From an uncultured Pseudomonadota bacterium (GTDB lineage: Bacteria; Desulfobacterota; Binatia; Binatales; Binataceae), in assembly GCA_963805995.1 (NCBI GenBank), contig CAWDWL010000005.1:479509-543508 (forward strand): DNA of 64,000 nt, in the 5' to 3' direction. The translations under genes and the position numbers were made by a program. Below, piece after piece: positions 1 to 10,927 of the stretch (the stretch's first letter is position 1; each line of letters opens with the position of its first letter). Below the pieces are notes generated by a model. That model ran no database searches. It saw only the letters and a program-made list of their open reading frames with translations, and was not told the DNA's origin.

Positions 1-91
1 GCGCGAGCAACCCGATGACCTCCTTTACGATTCGCGCGTCGGCGCGCCGCGTCAGCGAATATCCAACCCCAATCTGATCGTATGAAGCCAT
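1..91 (-). CDS. 5' end of an unidentified gene; the N-terminus reads MASYDQIGVGYSLTRRADARIVKEVIGLL and runs off the window edge
   Basis: ATG at 91-89 on the minus strand gives a coherent in-frame N-terminal peptide. No family was recognised. Confidence 0.25.
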   Translation of the reverse strand, partial: MASYDQIGVGYSLTRRADARIVKEVIGLLA

Positions 92-147
92 CGGTTAAAC
101 GCATCTATCCACGGACGACGTAGCGATAATGCCGGCGGCGTGTTGCG

Positions 148-1053
148 TCAATCTTCGCGCAGCCGCGCGCGGCTGCCGGGGATCGGCGCTGATGCGGCGC
201 GCGCGACGACGGATTGCGCATCGTAGGGGAAGTCTTCGAGATGCCGCGCGATGTCGGCCGGCGTGGCCTGGCTGCCTGGACGAGTCAAAGTGTTCACGAC
301 CAGCGCGACGAAGGGCACGAAGATGAAGATTGCGGACCACGCGATCGTTGGCGCGCCGATCACGAACGCCATAGTGATGCCGAAGCCGACGATTCCCAAA
401 TAGAGGCCGGGCCCGAGCAACCATCGCAGCGGCAACCGCGGCATCACGCCCGCCGGCTTGCTCTTGCTCCGCGCCAGCTGCCCATCGAGGAACTGGAACA
501 GCGCCACCGACACCACCGCCACGAAGAACCACCCCAGGTAGTTGTTGATCGGCACGCCAAAGTGCGGACCTGGCGGGTCGTACCAGAAGATCCGGCCCAG
601 GAACCAGCGGTCGCCGAGCACCGAGAGCGGGTCGATGACCAGGTCGATCATGACCATGAACATCGCGGCCATGATCCATACCCGCGGCGAGCGGCGGATT
701 GCCCTGGTGTCGAGTAGGGTCAGATCGAAGCCGCGCCATGCTACCGGCGACGCCACCAACAGTGCGACCGTGTAACTGGCGAAGGACAGGAACGTGAATG
801 ACAGCGAGTCCATGAATGGCACGCCGAAAACCCAGATTTCGCGGCCCACGGTGACCGGGATGTAGTGATACAGTCCGAACGGAAAGCCGTTATGCACTGA
901 ACTCCATTCGCAAGCCAGCGCCACCGCGTAGGTGAGCACGGTGAAGATCGCCGTCGTGCGGAAACCGAAGTTTACGATCGACACCAACAGATAAACGCCC
1001 AGGAAGACGAACACGTATGACCGCAGCGCAATGGTTGAGAGGAGGAGATGCAC
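148..1053 (-). CDS. polytopic integral membrane protein of unknown function (about 8 hydrophobic segments), adjacent to the hopanoid cluster
   Basis: 301-aa ORF with a strongly hydrophobic, helix-rich composition. The overlapping 95..739 ORF is Arg/Ala-rich antisense noise. Confidence 0.5.
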   Translation of the reverse strand: MHLLLSTIALRSYVFVFLGVYLLVSIVNFGFRTTAIFTVLTYAVALACEWSSVHNGFPFGLYHYIPVTVGREIWVFGVPFMDSLSFTFLSFASYTVALLVASPVAWRGFDLTLLDTRAIRRSPRVWIMAAMFMVMIDLVIDPLSVLGDRWFLGRIFWYDPPGPHFGVPINNYLGWFFVAVVSVALFQFLDGQLARSKSKPAGVMPRLPLRWLLGPGLYLGIVGFGITMAFVIGAPTIAWSAIFIFVPFVALVVNTLTRPGSQATPADIARHLEDFPYDAQSVVARAASAPIPGSRARLRED

Positions 1054-1230
1054 GGCCGTGATTATACACGCTCCGCCATCGTTGTCAGTTGCCGCGGCCG
1101 GTAAGACCGGGGTTTAATCCGGAACGCTTATTGACACTGTCGATGGGATTTTTGTACTTTTTCTCCGCATCTTTCCCTTCGAGCGCGCGCCTGCTGGCGG
1201 ACCCGAACACGGTGAGTCGAGAAGCGCCGC

Positions 1231-2373
1231 ATGAAATACCTGGTCTTGATGTTGAAGAATCTGGGGCGCAGCAAGCGGCGCACGATTCTGACCGTTTCAT
1301 CAATCGGGATTTCATTGTTCATTTTCGCGGTGCTGACCAGCGTCCCGGCAATCGCCGATAAGGCGGTGGCGGACACCGCGTCGACGGTGCGGTTGATCTG
1401 CCTTAACAAGGCGGGCTTAACCTATTTCATGCCCGAAGCCTACAAAAGAAAGATCGCGGCGGTTCCCCACGTCGAAGCGGTGGTCCCGCAGAGCTGGTTT
1501 GGGGGCATTTATCATGATGTGAACGACCAATTCCCTAACCTGGCGGTCGATCCCGATCAGATAGGGGTGGTTTGGCCGGATTGGAACATGTCAAAAGCCG
1601 CCATCGGCGATTTTCAGAAAACCCGGACAGCGGCGTTGGTGGGTCCCGGGACGATGAAGCGTTTTCACTTCCAGGTCGGCCAGCAAATCATGCTGCACAG
1701 CCCCCTCTATGGATTCAACCTGACTTTCAAGATCGTCGGCGTGACGGGGGGCAAGGCGCCCGCCAATTTCCTGATCTTTCGACGCGATTATCTGGAGCAG
1801 GCTTTGAAGCGCCCCGCGGTCGTGTCCGATTTCGTTGTGCGCGCCGATAGCTCAGATATGATTCCCGGTATAATCGCCGCGGTTGACAAGCAATTCGCCA
1901 ATTCCTCGGCCGAGACCCTGACCGAAACTGACGCCGCCTTCATGGGCAGCTTGCTGGAGAGCTACCGCGGCCTATTCTGGTATTTTGAAATGCTGGGAGC
2001 GATCGTGGTGTTTACCATCGTCCTGGTGGCGGCAAACACCGCAGCGATGACGATTCGTGAGCGCCGCGGCGAAGTCGCCGTGATGCGCGCGATTGGCTTC
2101 AGCGCAGCGCGGGTGATGGCGCTGATGATCGGGGAGGCGGTAATCATCGGAGTCATCGGCGGTTTACTCGGAACCGCTGCCGCGCTGATCGTGCTCCGGC
2201 TGCTGTCGCACTATGCCGACGCGATTGGTTTGGTCGAAATGGGTTCGATTCCGGCCAGCGTCGTGATTAAGACGATGGGCGTTGCCATCGTTATTGGCTT
2301 CTTGAGCGCCTACTTCCCGGCCCGTTCAGCCGCGCGCCGCAATATCGTCGACGCGCTGCGAAACATCGCCTGA
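1231..2373 (+). CDS. FtsX-like ABC transporter permease (MacB/LolE family)
   Basis: N-terminal transmembrane helix, a large periplasmic domain, and a C-terminal cluster of 3-4 transmembrane helices (...GEAVIIGVIGGLLG...), which is the typical FtsX/MacB permease architecture. Confidence 0.6.
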   Translation: MKYLVLMLKNLGRSKRRTILTVSSIGISLFIFAVLTSVPAIADKAVADTASTVRLICLNKAGLTYFMPEAYKRKIAAVPHVEAVVPQSWFGGIYHDVNDQFPNLAVDPDQIGVVWPDWNMSKAAIGDFQKTRTAALVGPGTMKRFHFQVGQQIMLHSPLYGFNLTFKIVGVTGGKAPANFLIFRRDYLEQALKRPAVVSDFVVRADSSDMIPGIIAAVDKQFANSSAETLTETDAAFMGSLLESYRGLFWYFEMLGAIVVFTIVLVAANTAAMTIRERRGEVAVMRAIGFSAARVMALMIGEAVIIGVIGGLLGTAAALIVLRLLSHYADAIGLVEMGSIPASVVIKTMGVAIVIGFLSAYFPARSAARRNIVDALRNIA

Positions 2374-2412
2374 AGTCGGCTTTGAGCGCGAAAACACGGG
2401 TCAGGAACGAAG

Positions 2413-3411
2413 CTATCGCGAGGGGGCGGCGCCGGTGGTGCGATAGTAGGAAATTGCGTCGCTTAGTGCGGTATGAATCGGTCCGGGCTGGTAGCCCAGT
2501 TCGCGCTCGGCCTTGGCGTGATTGAAAAACATGATTTTGTGGGCCATCCGGACTTCGGTCACGCTGGCGCGCGGCGGCTTTTTGGTCAGCTTACGCGCGA
2601 TCAAATCCGCACCCATCGCGAATCCCAGCGCGACGCGGTAGGGAATTTTGATTCGCGGCGCCGGCAGACCCGAAATCGCGGCAAGGCGCTCCAGTAGCTG
2701 CTGCAGAGTGAGATTTTCGCCGCCCAGGATGTATTTTTCGCCGATCTTGCCGTGCTCCGCGGCCAGCAGATGCCCGCGCGCGCAGTCGGCCACGTCCACC
2801 AGGTTGAGTCCGGTGTCCATAAAGGCCGGCATCCGCCGGTTGAGGAAATCCAGGATCACGCGCCCGGTCGGCGTGGGTTTGTAATCCAGCGCGCCGATCG
2901 GCGTGGACGGATTAACCACCACCACCGGCAGTCCTTCGCGCGCGGCGGCAAGAGCGGCCTGCTCGGCCAGGAACTTGGAGCGCTTGTAGGGACCGACCAT
3001 GTCCGCCAGCTTCACCGGCGTGTCCTCGGTGCCCTGGGCGCCCTTGGGGACCCCCAACGCGCCGACGGTGCTGGTGTGGATCACGCGGGCGACATCATGA
3101 CGGCGGGCGGCAGCCAGAACGTTCTGCGTCCCCTGCACGTTGGTTGCGTACATCGGCGCCTCATCCAGCACCCATAACCGATAGTCGGCGGCCACGTGGT
3201 AGATCTCATCGCATCCACGCGCCGCGCCGGCCACCGCTTCGGGTTCGCGCAGGTCGCCGGTGAGGTGTTCGCAATCGACGCCCGCCAGCGTGCGCACATC
3301 GGCTCCAGCTCTCAACAAAACGCGGACGTGGTCGCCGCGATCCACCAACGCCCGCACCACGTAGCATCCCACGAAGCCATTGCCACCTGTAACCAGCGAC
3401 GTCCTGGCCAT
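2413..3411 (-). CDS. hpnA: NAD-dependent epimerase/dehydratase, probably the hopanoid-associated sugar epimerase HpnA
   Basis: N-terminal TGGNGFVG Rossmann motif and a YxxxK catalytic dyad (YKRSK). It sits directly next to hpnE/hpnD/hpnC. Confidence 0.65.
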   Translation of the reverse strand: MARTSLVTGGNGFVGCYVVRALVDRGDHVRVLLRAGADVRTLAGVDCEHLTGDLREPEAVAGAARGCDEIYHVAADYRLWVLDEAPMYATNVQGTQNVLAAARRHDVARVIHTSTVGALGVPKGAQGTEDTPVKLADMVGPYKRSKFLAEQAALAAAREGLPVVVVNPSTPIGALDYKPTPTGRVILDFLNRRMPAFMDTGLNLVDVADCARGHLLAAEHGKIGEKYILGGENLTLQQLLERLAAISGLPAPRIKIPYRVALGFAMGADLIARKLTKKPPRASVTEVRMAHKIMFFNHAKAERELGYQPGPIHTALSDAISYYRTTGAAPSR

Positions 3412-3418
3412 AAACGTT

Positions 3419-4828
3419 TTATTCCAGTACCGGGACCGGCGAGATACGTCCGACCCGCTTTTGGACGGCGGCGGCGGCCGCGCGCCCTGAAACCACGGCG
3501 CTCTCGATGGTCGCCGGCAAACCGGTTTGAATCCAGTCGCCGGCCAGGAACAGGTTAGTGATGGGCGTGGTGTTGGACGGCCGCAACTGGTGGGACTCGC
3601 AGTTGGGCGCGATGGTGGCCTGCTTCTCCTTGATCACCAGGGCCTTGATCAACTTGGCCTCGCGCGACGCCGGGATCATCCGATGGAGATCGTCCATCAC
3701 CTGGTCGAGCAACTCCTCGTTGGAACGTTCGACCAGGGCCCGGGCGCCGCTGATGACAAAGCTCAGGTAGCCGCCCGGCTCGTCACCGTGATGATCGAAA
3801 ATCACCCGCTTGTTGAATAGCCATTGCGTAGTGCTGCCGATAAATCCCACGAAGGCGCAATCGGTGACATCGCGGTCAAGCCAGACATGGACGCAGATGA
3901 TCGGAGAAGGCTGAAGTTCCGCCAGGCTGGCGAAGAACTGTTCCGCCTGCATCTGCTCGGGCAGCATCGCCAGCAACGCGCCATGCGGGACCGCGACCAC
4001 AAAGTTGGCCGCCTCCAGCTTGCGGCCGTCGCGCAAGCGCACGCATCCGACCGTATGGTCGCCGTCCATTTCCAGCGTTTCGACCGCCATTCGCGAGGCG
4101 ACCATCCCACCGCGGGTCTGGATAAAATCTTCGGCGGCCTGGCAATAGAGGTCGCTCAGCCCGACCTTGGAGTAAACGAAGGCCGAATCGCGCCGGCGGC
4201 CGAAGAAGGCGCGCCCCCAGACCTCGGCCAGCAGCGCCGCCGAAGCTTTGTCGGGTTCCTCGTTGAGCGTGGCGATCGCCAGGGGATACCAGAAGCACTC
4301 GCACGCGTGGGCGGACTGCCCCAGGCTCTGGAGCATCGCGGCGACCGTGGTGGTTTCCAGCCGCTTGCGCCCCAACCGCTTCATCCCCATTATCCGCGCC
4401 CCGGCAATCAGCACCGACGAGCGCTCGCCCAGGCTCAGCAACCGATAGCGCATCAGCGCCGATACCATGTGCAGCGGACCCGGCAGCCGGCCGGCCCGCA
4501 GCCGCCCGCGCTTTCCATCCGGCGCGATCATTTCCATTTCGAGCCGGTCGCGAAATACCAGCTTGTCGTAGGTGCCGATTTTTTTGAGAAAGTCCAGCGT
4601 CTGGGTGTAGCAGCCCATCAGCACGTGCTGGCCGTTGTCGACCGAGTCCCCGCCTTCGGGATCGGTAAAGGAATAGGCGCGTCCGCCCAGCTTGGGCTTG
4701 CGCTCGAGCACCGCCACCCGGAAGCCCTTTTCGGCCAGCGCAACTCCCGCGCTGAGGCCGGCAAAACCGCCCCCAATTACCACCACGTCGCGCGGATCGG
4801 GCATTACGGTGCGATCAACTTCGGGCAC
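3419..4828 (-). CDS. hpnE: FAD-dependent amine-oxidase-family desaturase, the hydroxysqualene dehydroxylase HpnE
   Basis: VVVIGGGFAGLSAG dinucleotide-binding motif and a phytoene-desaturase-like fold. It overlaps hpnD by 14 bp in the standard hpnCDE order. Confidence 0.8.
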   Translation of the reverse strand: MPEVDRTVMPDPRDVVVIGGGFAGLSAGVALAEKGFRVAVLERKPKLGGRAYSFTDPEGGDSVDNGQHVLMGCYTQTLDFLKKIGTYDKLVFRDRLEMEMIAPDGKRGRLRAGRLPGPLHMVSALMRYRLLSLGERSSVLIAGARIMGMKRLGRKRLETTTVAAMLQSLGQSAHACECFWYPLAIATLNEEPDKASAALLAEVWGRAFFGRRRDSAFVYSKVGLSDLYCQAAEDFIQTRGGMVASRMAVETLEMDGDHTVGCVRLRDGRKLEAANFVVAVPHGALLAMLPEQMQAEQFFASLAELQPSPIICVHVWLDRDVTDCAFVGFIGSTTQWLFNKRVIFDHHGDEPGGYLSFVISGARALVERSNEELLDQVMDDLHRMIPASREAKLIKALVIKEKQATIAPNCESHQLRPSNTTPITNLFLAGDWIQTGLPATIESAVVSGRAAAAAVQKRVGRISPVPVLE

Positions 4829-5720
4829 GCCTCAACCTCCCGCTGGCCCAGGCGCGGCCAACCAAAAACATCTTATGCGGAGCCGACAACCGGAGCCTTC
4901 CATCCATCACACGATAGCGCGACTTCACAATCCGGCGCAGTAGGGCGCTGTAAATCAACCGCATCGCTTCCGCGGTGAGCAGGCTGGCGCGATCCTCCGC
5001 CGGCAGAGCCAGTTCGGCTTGATGGTAAAATTCCTGGGCCCGCTGGGCCTCGAATTCCATCAGCCGCTCGAACCGTTCGCTGTGCTGACCTGCCAGCATC
5101 TCCTCTTCCTTGACTCCGAAACTTTCCAGGTCTTCCAGAGGTAGATAGATGCGGCCGCGCTGGGCGTCCTCGCGCACGTCGCGGATAATATTGGTGAGCT
5201 GAAAGGCCAAGCCGAGGTTCTCCGCGTAGATGCGCGCGCGCGGATTACGATAGCCGAAGATCTCGATGCAGATAAGCCCCACCGCCGACGCGACCCGATA
5301 GCAGTACAGGCGCAGTTCGGTGAAGTTGGGATAACGCTTGCGCGTCAGATCCATCTCCACCCCGTCGATGATCTCATCGAAATAGCGCCGCGGGATCGAA
5401 AAGCGCCGGACGCTGTCAGACAGGGCGCGTGACACGGCGCGCGTGGGAACACCGCCATAAACCCGCTCCAGTTCTTCGCGCCATCGCTCCAGCAAGACCG
5501 CCGGTTCGCGCACCTGATCATCGTCGGCAATGTCATCGACGAAGCGGCAGAAGGCATAGGTCGCGTAAAGCGCGCGGCGGCGCTCCTCGGGCAGCAGTTT
5601 GAAGGCGTAATAAAAGTTCGACGACGATGCTCGGGTGATACTCGCGCAGTGGGCGAAATCCGCCGCCAGACTCGCCTGAAAGTCCGCCAGCCCGCCCATC
5701 TCATCAACCCGCTCAGACAC
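4815..5720 (-). CDS. hpnD: presqualene diphosphate synthase HpnD (squalene/phytoene synthase family)
   Basis: Trans-isoprenyl diphosphate synthase head-to-head family with the two Asp-rich motifs (FVDDIADD ... NIIRDVRED). Confidence 0.8.
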   Translation of the reverse strand: MSERVDEMGGLADFQASLAADFAHCASITRASSSNFYYAFKLLPEERRRALYATYAFCRFVDDIADDDQVREPAVLLERWREELERVYGGVPTRAVSRALSDSVRRFSIPRRYFDEIIDGVEMDLTRKRYPNFTELRLYCYRVASAVGLICIEIFGYRNPRARIYAENLGLAFQLTNIIRDVREDAQRGRIYLPLEDLESFGVKEEEMLAGQHSERFERLMEFEAQRAQEFYHQAELALPAEDRASLLTAEAMRLIYSALLRRIVKSRYRVMDGRLRLSAPHKMFLVGRAWASGRLRRARS

Positions 5721-6606
5721 CGACCCGGCCTCTTAATGCATCCCACCCTAACCGCACGTAGTCCAGCTTCTTAAGCCGCGGACGATTGCGGAAAACGTCA
5801 TAGTCGATCCGCTCGATTGCGCGCAGAATCGCCAGCCCACCGCCCGCGAACATCAGTATATCGCGCCGCAGCCGCGGCCCGACCAATTCGTGTAACGCGG
5901 CGCCGGACCTGAGCAGTCCGCGCGCGAACTCCACCTCATGGCGCATCAGGGCGATGAATGCCGGGTTAACGATCCCCGCGCGCAACTCATCCGCGCTATA
6001 GCCGAAACTCGCGAGGTCCTGGCGCGGCAGATAGATTCGGCCTTTACCCAAATCAATCGCGATATCCTGCCAGAAGTTGGCCAGTTGCAAACCGGTGCAG
6101 ACGCGATCCGACAGCTCCTGGCGCTCGGCGTCGCGGATCCCGAACAAATAGAGCACCAAACGCCCCACCGGGTTGGCCGAATAACGCGCATAGCCAAGCA
6201 AATCGTCGATCGTGTCGAAGCCCTTGAAATCGACGTCGGAGCGAAAGGCGCGCAGCAAATCGGCAAACGGCTGGCGTGGTATGTCGAAGCGGCGCACGGT
6301 GTCGGCCAAGGCGACGAACACCGGATGGCGCGGCTGGCCAGCGTAGGCCAGATCGAGCTCCTCCTCCCAGCCGTCGAGCTTGGCCAGGTCGTACTCCTCG
6401 TCGGCGAAATCGTCGGCAATGCGCGCATAGGCATAGATCGCATACATGTGCGGACGCATCGCACGCGGCATCAGCCACGAGGCGATAGTGAAGTTTTCGT
6501 AATGCGAACGCGCAATGCGAGCGCAGTAGTCGTAGGCCTGGTCGAGGTTTGGTGGAGCCCCCGTCTCAGTGACGGACGGTTCGACAATAGCGCGATTCAG
6601 GGCCAT
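5713..6606 (-). CDS. hpnC: hydroxysqualene synthase HpnC (squalene/phytoene synthase family)
   Basis: Second squalene-synthase-like paralog (ARIADDFADE ... FWQDIAIDLGKGRIYLP), immediately upstream of hpnD. Confidence 0.8.
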   Translation of the reverse strand: MALNRAIVEPSVTETGAPPNLDQAYDYCARIARSHYENFTIASWLMPRAMRPHMYAIYAYARIADDFADEEYDLAKLDGWEEELDLAYAGQPRHPVFVALADTVRRFDIPRQPFADLLRAFRSDVDFKGFDTIDDLLGYARYSANPVGRLVLYLFGIRDAERQELSDRVCTGLQLANFWQDIAIDLGKGRIYLPRQDLASFGYSADELRAGIVNPAFIALMRHEVEFARGLLRSGAALHELVGPRLRRDILMFAGGGLAILRAIERIDYDVFRNRPRLKKLDYVRLGWDALRGRVGV

Positions 6607-6616
6607 CGCCGGGGGT

Positions 6617-7777
<1,161 letters not shown>

Positions 7778-9742
7778 TCACCCCGCCGACTTTTCACTAA
7801 TCCGCCGCCGGAACCGGCCCAGCGCCATCAACGGGAAGTAATGCGCATACAGGTGGTAGCGCAGGTAGAAATGATTGGGGAACCCGGTGCCGGTAAATTC
7901 CGCCTCGTCCCACGCCCCGTCCTCGTTCTGGCGCTCCAGCAGCCAGTCAACGCCGCGGGTGACGTTGTCGCTGATCTGCTCCTCGCCCGCCAGCAGACCA
8001 ATCAGGGCCCAGGCGGTTTGGCTCGCGGTGCTGGCGCCACGGCCGCGCCAGGCGGAGTCCTGGTCGGACAGACAGCTCTCGCCCCAACCGGCGTCGGAGT
8101 TCTGATGGTCCTTAAGCCATTGCACTGCGCGGCGAATCCACGGCTCAGTCATATCGACGCCGATCGCGCGCAGGCCCGCCAGCGCGGAAAAGGTGCCGTA
8201 GATATAGTTGACGCCCCACCTTCCCCACCATGAACCGTCGCTCTCCTGGGCCTTCTTCAGCCAGGCGATCGCGCGGCGCGCCACCGGATGCTCGGCGCGA
8301 TACCCCACCGCCGCCATCATCTCCAGCACGCGTCCGGTCAGGTCGGGGCAGGTCGGATCGGTCACCGCCTCGACGTCGGCAAACGGCAGGTTGTTGAGCC
8401 AGGCGGAATCGTTGTCGGCATCGAAGGCCGCGAAGCCGCCGTCGCGCGACTGCATTCCCATCACCCAGTTCGAGCCGGCCTTGATCGCGCGCTCCCTGGC
8501 CGCCGCATCGTCAAACGGGGTGCCGGCCAGCACGCACAAAATGACCGCGGAATCGTCCACGTCGGGATAGTTGTCGTTGTAGAATTCGAAGGCCCATCCG
8601 CCGGGTTCCAAATTAGGCCGCTTCACCGACCAGTCGCCGCGCTTGAAAATCTGATGGTCGATAAGCCAGCGCGCGGCCTTGCCCAGCGCCGGGTCCTGCG
8701 GGCTCACACCCGATTCCAGCAGCGCTTTGGCCGCCAAAGCGGTGTCCCAATTTGGCGACACGCAGGGCTGATAGAGCACCTTGTCGCCGAGATCCCAAAT
8801 CAATTCGCGGCTGGCCTCGATCGCCTTCTTGAGTACCGGATGATCGGGCCGGTAGCCAAGTCCCTTGAGCGCCATCGCGCTGAGCAGATAGCAGGGCTCG
8901 ATACCGCCCCACGAACCGTTGGCTTCCTGATGCTCCAGGATCCAGTTCTCGGCTACACTGATTGCTCGCGCGCGCAGGCTTTTGGGCGAGTGGCGGTTGT
9001 ATGCGCGCAACCATCGATCGCTGAGATTAAGCATACCGCGCAGCGAGAATCGGCTTTTGGCCGGCGGCGGGCGAAACCTGGTAAAGTGCGGCGGCTCGAT
9101 GTAAAGCTCCAGGATTCCGGCTTCGTAGCTTACCTTTACTACCGGCTTGGTGGCCTGCAGCAGCATCAGCCCAAACAGGGTGCCGCGCGCCCATGAGGAC
9201 AGCTCGTAAACATTGACCGGAAACCAGTTGGGCAGCAACCCGAATTCAACCGGCACCGCGGTGGTGACTTCCCAGGGAACCTGGCCCAGAGCGGCCAGAT
9301 AAAAGCGCGCCAGCGATCCGGCCTTAGGCACGCCGCCGCGCGCCAGCACCCAACGCCGCCCCTGCCCCATCTCCTCGTCACCCGCGCGCATCCCGGCCAG
9401 TTTCAGCGCGAAATAGGCCTCGATGGTGGTGGACAGGTAGCCTTCACCGCCGGGGAACAGGCTCCAGCTTCCGTCGGGTTGCTGGAGTTCGAGCAGCAGC
9501 TTTTTGAGCTTGGCCTCCAGTTCCGGGTCCACGCAGTCCATGAAATGGGTAAAGATGATGTACTCGGCATTCATCTCCGCGTTGGCTTCCAGCGGAGCCT
9601 GCCAGTAGCCCTCGGCCTTTTGCAACGCGATCAGCGACTGCTGGGCGTGGCTGATAACCTGGTCGAGCCGCAGGCCGAGTTGGCCGTTGGCGACCTCCGG
9701 CCGCTCTGGCAGCGCGCCTTCTATCTGAACCGTCTCACTCAT
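7778..9742 (-). CDS. shc: squalene-hopene cyclase
   Basis: DVDDSAV catalytic DxDD motif and repeated QW motifs. The likely start is ATG at 9742 (MSETVQ...), preceded by a GGAGA Shine-Dalgarno. The ORF track extends this to 9871. Confidence 0.9.
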   Translation of the reverse strand: MSETVQIEGALPERPEVANGQLGLRLDQVISHAQQSLIALQKAEGYWQAPLEANAEMNAEYIIFTHFMDCVDPELEAKLKKLLLELQQPDGSWSLFPGGEGYLSTTIEAYFALKLAGMRAGDEEMGQGRRWVLARGGVPKAGSLARFYLAALGQVPWEVTTAVPVEFGLLPNWFPVNVYELSSWARGTLFGLMLLQATKPVVKVSYEAGILELYIEPPHFTRFRPPPAKSRFSLRGMLNLSDRWLRAYNRHSPKSLRARAISVAENWILEHQEANGSWGGIEPCYLLSAMALKGLGYRPDHPVLKKAIEASRELIWDLGDKVLYQPCVSPNWDTALAAKALLESGVSPQDPALGKAARWLIDHQIFKRGDWSVKRPNLEPGGWAFEFYNDNYPDVDDSAVILCVLAGTPFDDAAARERAIKAGSNWVMGMQSRDGGFAAFDADNDSAWLNNLPFADVEAVTDPTCPDLTGRVLEMMAAVGYRAEHPVARRAIAWLKKAQESDGSWWGRWGVNYIYGTFSALAGLRAIGVDMTEPWIRRAVQWLKDHQNSDAGWGESCLSDQDSAWRGRGASTASQTAWALIGLLAGEEQISDNVTRGVDWLLERQNEDGAWDEAEFTGTGFPNHFYLRYHLYAHYFPLMALGRFRRRISEKSAG

Positions 9743-9871
9743 TACCGATAATTCTCCTAACCCCGCGGCAACCGCCGATTCATCGAGCCAGCCGAGCCAG
9801 GCTCGCGCCGGCGCCATCGTCCGCCTCGGCCTGCCCCGGAATAATGGGAGCAACCCGCGGCTGCGCGGCAA

Positions 9872-10927
9872 TCAGGGTATAATTGCGCACTTCAAAACTT
9901 CGCCCCGCTCCAGCAACTCGAACACTTCCGCCAAGTCGCTCAGGCGCCGGTGGCTATTGATAATCTTGTCCATCCCCAGTTTGCGGTCACGCAGCAGTTG
10001 GAATGAACGCCTGACGTCGGCGGGACGGAAGTGGAACGGCGCCATCAGGGTCAGGCTGTCATAATGCATCCGGCGGGTATCCAATTGCACGGAAGTTCCC
10101 GCCGCGCAACCGCCAAAAAAGACCACCCGGCCGCCGCGCCGTACACAGCCCAAAGCGTCTTCCCATCCCGAGACCTGACCGGTCGCCTCGATCACCAGAT
10201 CGGGCCCGTAGCCGCCGTTGAGCGCGGCGGCCTTTTGCGCGAGGTCTTCATGACGGACATCAATCACCTGGTCGGCGCCCAACTCGGCGGCCCATCGCAA
10301 GCGCGTGTCGCCGCGCCCAGCAACCACCACCTGACGCACGCCCGCTCCCCTAAGCAACAGTTGATGGAGCATCCCGAAGGGCCCGGCGCCGAGAATCAGG
10401 CAGGTCTCGAACTTTTCGGGCCGCGCAATCGCCTGGGCGTGGACTACACACGACAGCGGTTCCAGCAGCGCCGCTTCCTCGAACGGCAAGCAGGCCGGCT
10501 TCTTGAAGGCGTTGCGGGCCACCACGTGGGCGGGCAGCAACAGGTAGTCGGCGTATGCGCCCATGACCATCGTATCGATAATCTGGGCGCACAAGTTCTC
10601 CTGGCCGCGCCCGCAGTAAAAGCACTTGCCGCACGGTGCCGTGGGCGCCGCCATCAGTTCATCGCCGGGCTTGAAGCGGTCCACGTCCGTGCCGACTTCG
10701 GCGACTACGCCCGAGAACTCATGTCCGAAAGGCATCGGAAACTTAAACAGCGGATGGCCGCGCAGGTAGAATTTCAGATCGGTGCCGCAACTGAGCGCGC
10801 ACTTGACCTTGACCAGGATTTCACCGGGTCCCGGATGCTGCGGCTTGAGCGCGCGCATTTCGAAATGGCGCGGCTCCACCAGCACCACCTGGCGGGGTCC
10901 CTCCGGCATGGCGGTTCCATTCTTCAC
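9872..10927 (-). CDS. Zn-dependent medium-chain alcohol/polyol dehydrogenase
   Basis: Structural-zinc Cys cluster (CGKCFYCGRGQENLC), a GHEFSGVV catalytic-zinc region and a GAGPFG Rossmann motif. Confidence 0.75.
   Translation of the reverse strand: MKNGTAMPEGPRQVVLVEPRHFEMRALKPQHPGPGEILVKVKCALSCGTDLKFYLRGHPLFKFPMPFGHEFSGVVAEVGTDVDRFKPGDELMAAPTAPCGKCFYCGRGQENLCAQIIDTMVMGAYADYLLLPAHVVARNAFKKPACLPFEEAALLEPLSCVVHAQAIARPEKFETCLILGAGPFGMLHQLLLRGAGVRQVVVAGRGDTRLRWAAELGADQVIDVRHEDLAQKAAALNGGYGPDLVIEATGQVSGWEDALGCVRRGGRVVFFGGCAAGTSVQLDTRRMHYDSLTLMAPFHFRPADVRRSFQLLRDRKLGMDKIINSHRRLSDLAEVFELLERGEVLKCAIIP

Noticed and set aside
95-739. 214-aa minus-strand ORF overlapping the membrane-protein gene
   Set aside because: Arg/Ala/Pro-rich, low-complexity translation typical of an off-frame high-GC ORF. 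The co-located 148..1053 frame is a coherent membrane protein.
1131-1160. TTGACA -35 element upstream of the FtsX-like gene
   Set aside because: No acceptable -10 hexamer at 16-18 bp spacing (GTACTT or TACTTT), so it is not reported as a promoter.
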